Origin: Pilimelia anulata
GTDB lineage: Bacteria; Actinomycetota; Actinomycetes; Mycobacteriales; Micromonosporaceae
Direction of reading: 5' to 3'
DNA: 24,000 nucleotides
NCBI RefSeq assembly: GCF_014647895.1
Contig: NZ_BMQB01000010.1
Span: forward strand, 110,057 to 134,056
This document shows, piece after piece, positions 19,114 to 24,000 of the stretch (position 1 is its first letter; each line of letters starts with the position of its first letter). A model generated the notes under the pieces. That model saw nothing but the letters and a program-made list of their open reading frames with translations. It had not been told where the DNA came from and made no database searches. A program made the translations under genes and the position numbers.

Positions 19114-19154
19114 TGCCGCACCCGCCCGCATCGGCGGGCGGGAAGAAAAGAGGG

Positions 19155-19376
19155 TCAGTCCTCGGCGCCGAGCGGGTTGTCCCGCACCCAGGCGGCGGTC
19201 TCGGCGTACTTGCGCGCGATGTACTCCTCCAACTGCGCGCGCTCCACCCGCCACTGCCCGCGCCCGCCGATCTTGATCGCGGGCAGCTCGCCACTGCGGA
19301 CCATGTGGTACACCTGCGAGTCCGACACGTTCAGCTCGGCCGCGACATCGGCGAGCAGGAGAAACCGCGACTCCAC
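19155..19376 (-). CDS. Small excisionase/MerR-superfamily helix-turn-helix DNA-binding protein (73 aa)
   Basis: The GTG at 19376 has a strong GGAGGGAGG RBS (reverse complement of 19383-19391), 6 nt upstream. The protein reads VESRFLLLADVAAELNVSDSQVYHMVRSGELPAIKIGGRGQWRVERAQLEEYIARKY..., typical of excisionase-family HTH domains. The track's longer 176-aa version adds only a Gly/Arg/Ala-rich extension across the repeat region. Confidence 0.8.
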   Translation of the reverse strand: MESRFLLLADVAAELNVSDSQVYHMVRSGELPAIKIGGRGQWRVERAQLEEYIARKYAETAAWVRDNPLGAED

Positions 19377-19401
19377 GCCGGACCTCCCTCCGCCCGCCCC
19401 A

Positions 19402-19587
19402 CCCGGCTCCGCACCGCCCGACCCTGCCCAGCCGGCTCCGCACCGCCCGACCGCGCGCCGCCCGGCTCCGTGCCACCGGCTTCGCGCCCGCCCGACCCGG
19501 TACCGCCCCGGCTCCGTGTCGCCCGGCCCGGCGACCGGGTCACGGGTCCCGGTGCCACCCGGCGGGTCGACATCGGGCCGGGCTCCG
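19402..19587 (+). repeat. Degenerate direct-repeat array (core GGCTCCG, 5 copies) in a divergent intergenic region
   Basis: CCCGGCTCCGCACCGCCCGACC (19402-19423) and GCCGGCTCCGCACCGCCCGACC (19431-19452) are identical at 21 of 22 positions. Weaker copies are CCCGGCTCCGTGCCACCGGC (19461-19480), CCCGGCTCCGTGTCGCCCGGC (19507-19527) and CGGGCTCCGCCC (19579-19590). Core spacing is 29, 30, 46 and 71 bp, all on the same strand. Confidence 0.55.
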
Positions 19588-19671
19588 CCCGCGCCGGGCG
19601 CACCGCGCACTAGTGTCGCACCGGGCCGGCAACCCGACGGCCGTACCCCGACCGCACCGAGGTGATCCCCC

Positions 19672-20175
19672 ATGGCCGACGCCACGCGCGTCTACCTGCC
19701 GGCGACCGCGGCGACGCTCGCCGTGCTGCGCGACACCGGCGCGCTGCCCGTACCGGACGCGGCCGCGCACGCGGTCACCCCGGCGCTGCGCGAGTGGTAC
19801 GCCGAGGGCGACGAGGAGGAGCTGGAGTACGTCGCCTTCACCCGGGCCGCGCAGGGCGCGCTGGCGCTGCTCGCCGCCGACCCCGCCGCCCCGCGCCGCC
19901 GCGCGGTCGTCGCCGCCGACCTGCCCCCGGCGGCGGTCGACGGCCGGGGCCGGGAGCTGGGCAGCAGCGAGGTCGGCGTCGCGGGCGCGGTGCCGCTGGC
20001 GGCGGTGGCGGCGATCCACCTGGACACCGAGGAGGCGGTGCCGGACGTGACCGCCGCGGTCGACGCGCTGCCGGCGGCGGAGGCGGGGGACGAGGACGCC
20101 CGGTTCACCGTCGACGCGGTCGAGGACCACGACCTCGCCTGGTACGACCCGACGGAGCTGCCCCACCTGGACTGA
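19672..20175 (+). CDS. Acidic conserved hypothetical protein (167 aa)
   Basis: The ATG has GAGGTGA 6 nt upstream. Codon third positions are strongly G/C. The sequence reads [26 protein letters not shown]...[21 protein letters not shown]...[17 protein letters not shown] do not recognise any catalytic motif. Confidence 0.7.
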   Translation: MADATRVYLPATAATLAVLRDTGALPVPDAAAHAVTPALREWYAEGDEEELEYVAFTRAAQGALALLAADPAAPRRRAVVAADLPPAAVDGRGRELGSSEVGVAGAVPLAAVAAIHLDTEEAVPDVTAAVDALPAAEAGDEDARFTVDAVEDHDLAWYDPTELPHLD

Positions 20176-20232
20176 CCCGCCGGCCCGGCCCGCCGGCGGC
20201 GGGTGAGCCGCGGCCGGCGGGTGCGGGGCGGG

Positions 20233-21147
20233 TCAGTCGGGCGGCGGCGGGACGGTGCGGGGCAGGGTCCGGCCGAACAGGATCAGCGCGGTGATCGCAC
20301 CGACGAACAGCACCACCAGCGCGTTGTTCAGCCGGGAGCCGTCCAGCCAGCCCTGGAGCGTGGCGTCGGCGTCGCTCAGGCCGCGGGTCAGCGCGATCAG
20401 CTTCGCCCCGCCGACCCGGGTGAGCGCCTCGCCGACCAGCAGCACCAGGCCGGGCGCCGCCCCGGCGACCAGGTACCGCGGCCACCGCCCGCCGCGCCGC
20501 CCCAGCCAGGCGAACGCCACCGCCCCGGCCACCAGCCCGCACAGCACCGCGGACAGCACCGCGAACCGCCCCTCGGCCGCGACCCGGCCGGCGGGGTCGT
20601 CCCCGCCGCCGAGCAGGCCCCGGATCGGCTCCTTGGCCAGCCCGAGCAGCAGCCCGGCGGCGCACACCGCGAGCGCGGCCAGCACCCCGGCGGCGAGCGC
20701 CCGGGGCAGCCGCGGCCAGGCCAGCCCGCCGCCCACCACGGCGGCGGCGGCCAGGGTGGCGGCCACCAGCGTCCGGTGCGGGTCGCCGCCCGCGGCGGCC
20801 ACGACCGCGCCGCCGGCCGCGCCGGCCACGAGCAGCCCGGCGGTCAGCGCCAGCGCGCAGCGGGCCGCCGCCGGCCGTACGGCCGGCGGGTCGGCCGCCC
20901 GCAGCGCGAGCAGGGCGACGGCCGCCCCGGCCAGGATCCCGGCGGCGACGATGCCCGGCAGCGAGAACGCCGTGGCGGCCAGCGCGACCGCGCCGGTCTG
21001 CCCGCTGACGGTCGCCCGGGCGGAGATCAGCGTGCCGGCGAGCCAGGCCAGGGCCAGGGCCGCCAGGGCCAGCGCGGCGGGCCGGCGCTCGGGCCACGGC
21101 GGGGGCGCGGCGGCCGGCACCGGGGTCGCGATTGTCTCCTGCGTCAC
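20233..21147 (-). CDS. Ala/Gly/Leu-rich polytopic integral membrane protein of unknown function (304 aa)
   Basis: The GTG at 21147 has AGGAGAGGA 5 nt upstream. About 7-8 hydrophobic segments are visible (e.g. AALALAALALAWLAGTLI, LPGIVAAGILAGAAVALLAL, FAVLSAVLCGLVAGAVAFAWL, ALVVLFVGAITALILF). The track's start at 21306 adds an Arg/Pro-rich extension with no RBS. Confidence 0.7.
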   Translation of the reverse strand: MTQETIATPVPAAAPPPWPERRPAALALAALALAWLAGTLISARATVSGQTGAVALAATAFSLPGIVAAGILAGAAVALLALRAADPPAVRPAAARCALALTAGLLVAGAAGGAVVAAAGGDPHRTLVAATLAAAAVVGGGLAWPRLPRALAAGVLAALAVCAAGLLLGLAKEPIRGLLGGGDDPAGRVAAEGRFAVLSAVLCGLVAGAVAFAWLGRRGGRWPRYLVAGAAPGLVLLVGEALTRVGGAKLIALTRGLSDADATLQGWLDGSRLNNALVVLFVGAITALILFGRTLPRTVPPPPD

Positions 21148-21271
21148 GCTTGTCCTCTCCTGCCGCAGCGGTGGGCGCCAGGCTACGCGGCGTCGCTGAC
21201 AGGGGTGGCGGCCCGGGCCGCCGGGCGTGGCAGGATGAGGGCGTCGCCGGTTCCGTAATAGGAGAGTGTCC

Positions 21272-22900
<1,629 letters not shown>

Positions 22901-22912
22901 GCAGGGCCGATG

Positions 22913-22948
22913 GGCGGGCGGCCCCCGGTGACCGGGGCGCCGCCCGCC
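22913..22948 (+). terminator. Strong GC hairpin after pruA (candidate terminator)
   Basis: GGCGGGCGGCCCCCGG (22913-22928), loop TGA, CCGGGGCGCCGCCCGCC (22932-22948). This gives ~16 pairs with one bulged C. The following sequence, GTCGTAATTGTG, is relatively T-rich. Confidence 0.55.
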
Positions 22949-23010
22949 GTCGTAATTGTGATCTCTATCGCACTGACTTCGGGGCCGATGATCGGCGTAC
23001 CGTCACGAGC

Positions 23011-23835
23011 ATGAGCACCGGTGAGAGCGAGTACGGCGGCACCGCCAACGAGGGCCTGGTCGACTTCGGCGAGCAGGGCGGGCGGCTGACGTACGGCACC
23101 TACCTGCGGGTGGGGGAGCTGCTCTCCCAGCAGGCGCTGGAGTCCGACCCGGCGGCCCACGACGAGCTGCTGTTCATCACGATCCACCAGGTGTACGAGC
23201 TGTGGTTCAAGCTCGTTCTGCACGAGCTGACCGACGCCCGGGACCGGATGCTGGCCGGCGAGGCGTACCAGCCGCGGGTCCGGCTGGAGCGCTGCCACGT
23301 GATCGAGCGGACGCTGGTCGGCCAGGTCGACGTGATCGACACGATGACCCCGCAGGACTTCGTGGTGTTCCGGCACAAGCTGGCCCCGGCGTCGGGCTTC
23401 CAGTCGGCGCAGTTCCGGGAGATCGAGTTCCTGTCCGGCGCCAAGGACCCCGGCTACCTGCGCCGGTTCAAGGGCCTCTCGGACGAGGAGCAGGCCCGGC
23501 TCAACCGCCGGCTGGCCGAGCCGAGCCTGTGGGACGGGTTCCTGGCCGTACTGGTCAAGGCCGGCTTCCCGGTCGGGACCGAGGACGAGCGGGTGGCCGC
23601 GTACCGGGCGATCGCCGCCGACCGGGAGCGGCACGGCGCGCTCTGGGACCTCGCCGAGGCCATGGTGGCGCACGACCAGGCGTGGGCGCTGTGGCGGTCC
23701 CGCCACGTGATCATGGCCGAGCGGCAGATCGGGACCAAGATCGGTACGGGCGGCTCGGCGGGCGGCGACTACCTGCGCTCGCGCACCCCGATCCGCTTCT
23801 ACCCGGAACTCTGGGAACTCCGCTCCCACCTCTGA
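23011..23835 (+). CDS. kynA: Tryptophan 2,3-dioxygenase
   Basis: The protein is 274 aa. TDO signatures are present: LTYGTYLRVGELLSQQ, HDELLFITIHQVYELWFKLVLHEL, and SGFQSAQFREIEF. The C-terminus reads GGSAGGDYLR...FYPELWELRSHL. Confidence 0.92.
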   Translation: MSTGESEYGGTANEGLVDFGEQGGRLTYGTYLRVGELLSQQALESDPAAHDELLFITIHQVYELWFKLVLHELTDARDRMLAGEAYQPRVRLERCHVIERTLVGQVDVIDTMTPQDFVVFRHKLAPASGFQSAQFREIEFLSGAKDPGYLRRFKGLSDEEQARLNRRLAEPSLWDGFLAVLVKAGFPVGTEDERVAAYRAIAADRERHGALWDLAEAMVAHDQAWALWRSRHVIMAERQIGTKIGTGGSAGGDYLRSRTPIRFYPELWELRSHL

Positions 23836-24000
23836 CCGCCCCGCCCCGCCCCGCACGCCCCGGCCGCGGCCCGGCGGCGGCCCCGTCGCCCGACGTCGGC
23901 CGCCCGGTCCGTGGCCGTTCGCCGTCCGGCGCCACGCCGGGGGTGTCGGTGGTGGAGCGGCGCCGGCGGCGCCGGCCGGGGTACCAGACGGCCCCGCCGC

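Noticed and set aside
19155-19376. The excisionase-family HTH gene as a marker of a prophage or integrative element.
   Set aside because: There is no integrase, recombinase, tRNA attachment site, flanking direct repeats or phage-like genes anywhere in the window. The neighbours are conserved chromosomal genes.
19402-19590. The repeat array considered as a CRISPR or minisatellite.
   Set aside because: The units are short (about 20 nt), rapidly degenerate and irregularly spaced (29, 30, 46, 71 bp). They lack unique spacers of constant length, and no cas genes are present. I keep it as a regulatory or slippage repeat instead.
18310-19665. A 451-aa + strand ORF across the Rv3235-family and HTH genes, and the other ORFs at 18532-19476 and 18557-19276.
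   Set aside because: They are low-complexity (P/A/R/G) and antisense to two genes with recognisable family motifs and good RBSs.
23836-24000. A possible gene start (GTG near 23945, VSVVERRRRRRPGYQ...) or a minus-strand gene end after kynA. Also the 74-aa minus ORF at 23711-23935.
   Set aside because: The stretch is too short and low-complexity to call. There is no convincing RBS, and the 74-aa ORF overlaps kynA antisense.

Overview
This is a high-GC segment (roughly 70-75% by eye, not computed) of an actinobacterial chromosome, Micromonosporaceae-like. Almost all of it is the conserved actinobacterial core neighbourhood. In order: a truncated secreted repeat protein (-), ahcY, the efeUOB iron-uptake operon, mtrA-mtrB-lpqB, a ComF-family phosphoribosyltransferase, hpf, then three minus-strand genes (a secreted Cys-containing protein and two paralogous double-GNAT acetyltransferases). 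These are followed by secA, an Rv3235-family protein (-), a small excisionase-type HTH protein (-), an acidic conserved hypothetical (+), an Ala/Gly-rich polytopic membrane protein (-), pruA and kynA. I found no tRNA or rRNA genes, CRISPR array, transposase or integrase, obvious biosynthetic cluster, or recognisable defence system. I cannot point to a clearly novel multi-gene system. The parts the gene calls do not explain are mostly non-coding. (1) A 610-bp gene-free interval upstream of ahcY holds an AT-rich promoter island and a perfect 16-nt-arm hairpin. (2) An IdeR-like iron box overlaps the putative efeU promoter. (3) The hpf leader carries ~30-bp-period direct repeats. (4) A ~61-bp tandem duplication spans the secA stop codon. 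(5) A GGCTCCG direct-repeat array lies in the divergent region next to the HTH gene. (6) The four GNAT domains in two tandem genes sit in the variable hpf-secA slot. Many very long ORFs in the supplied track are high-GC antisense artefacts and were rejected.
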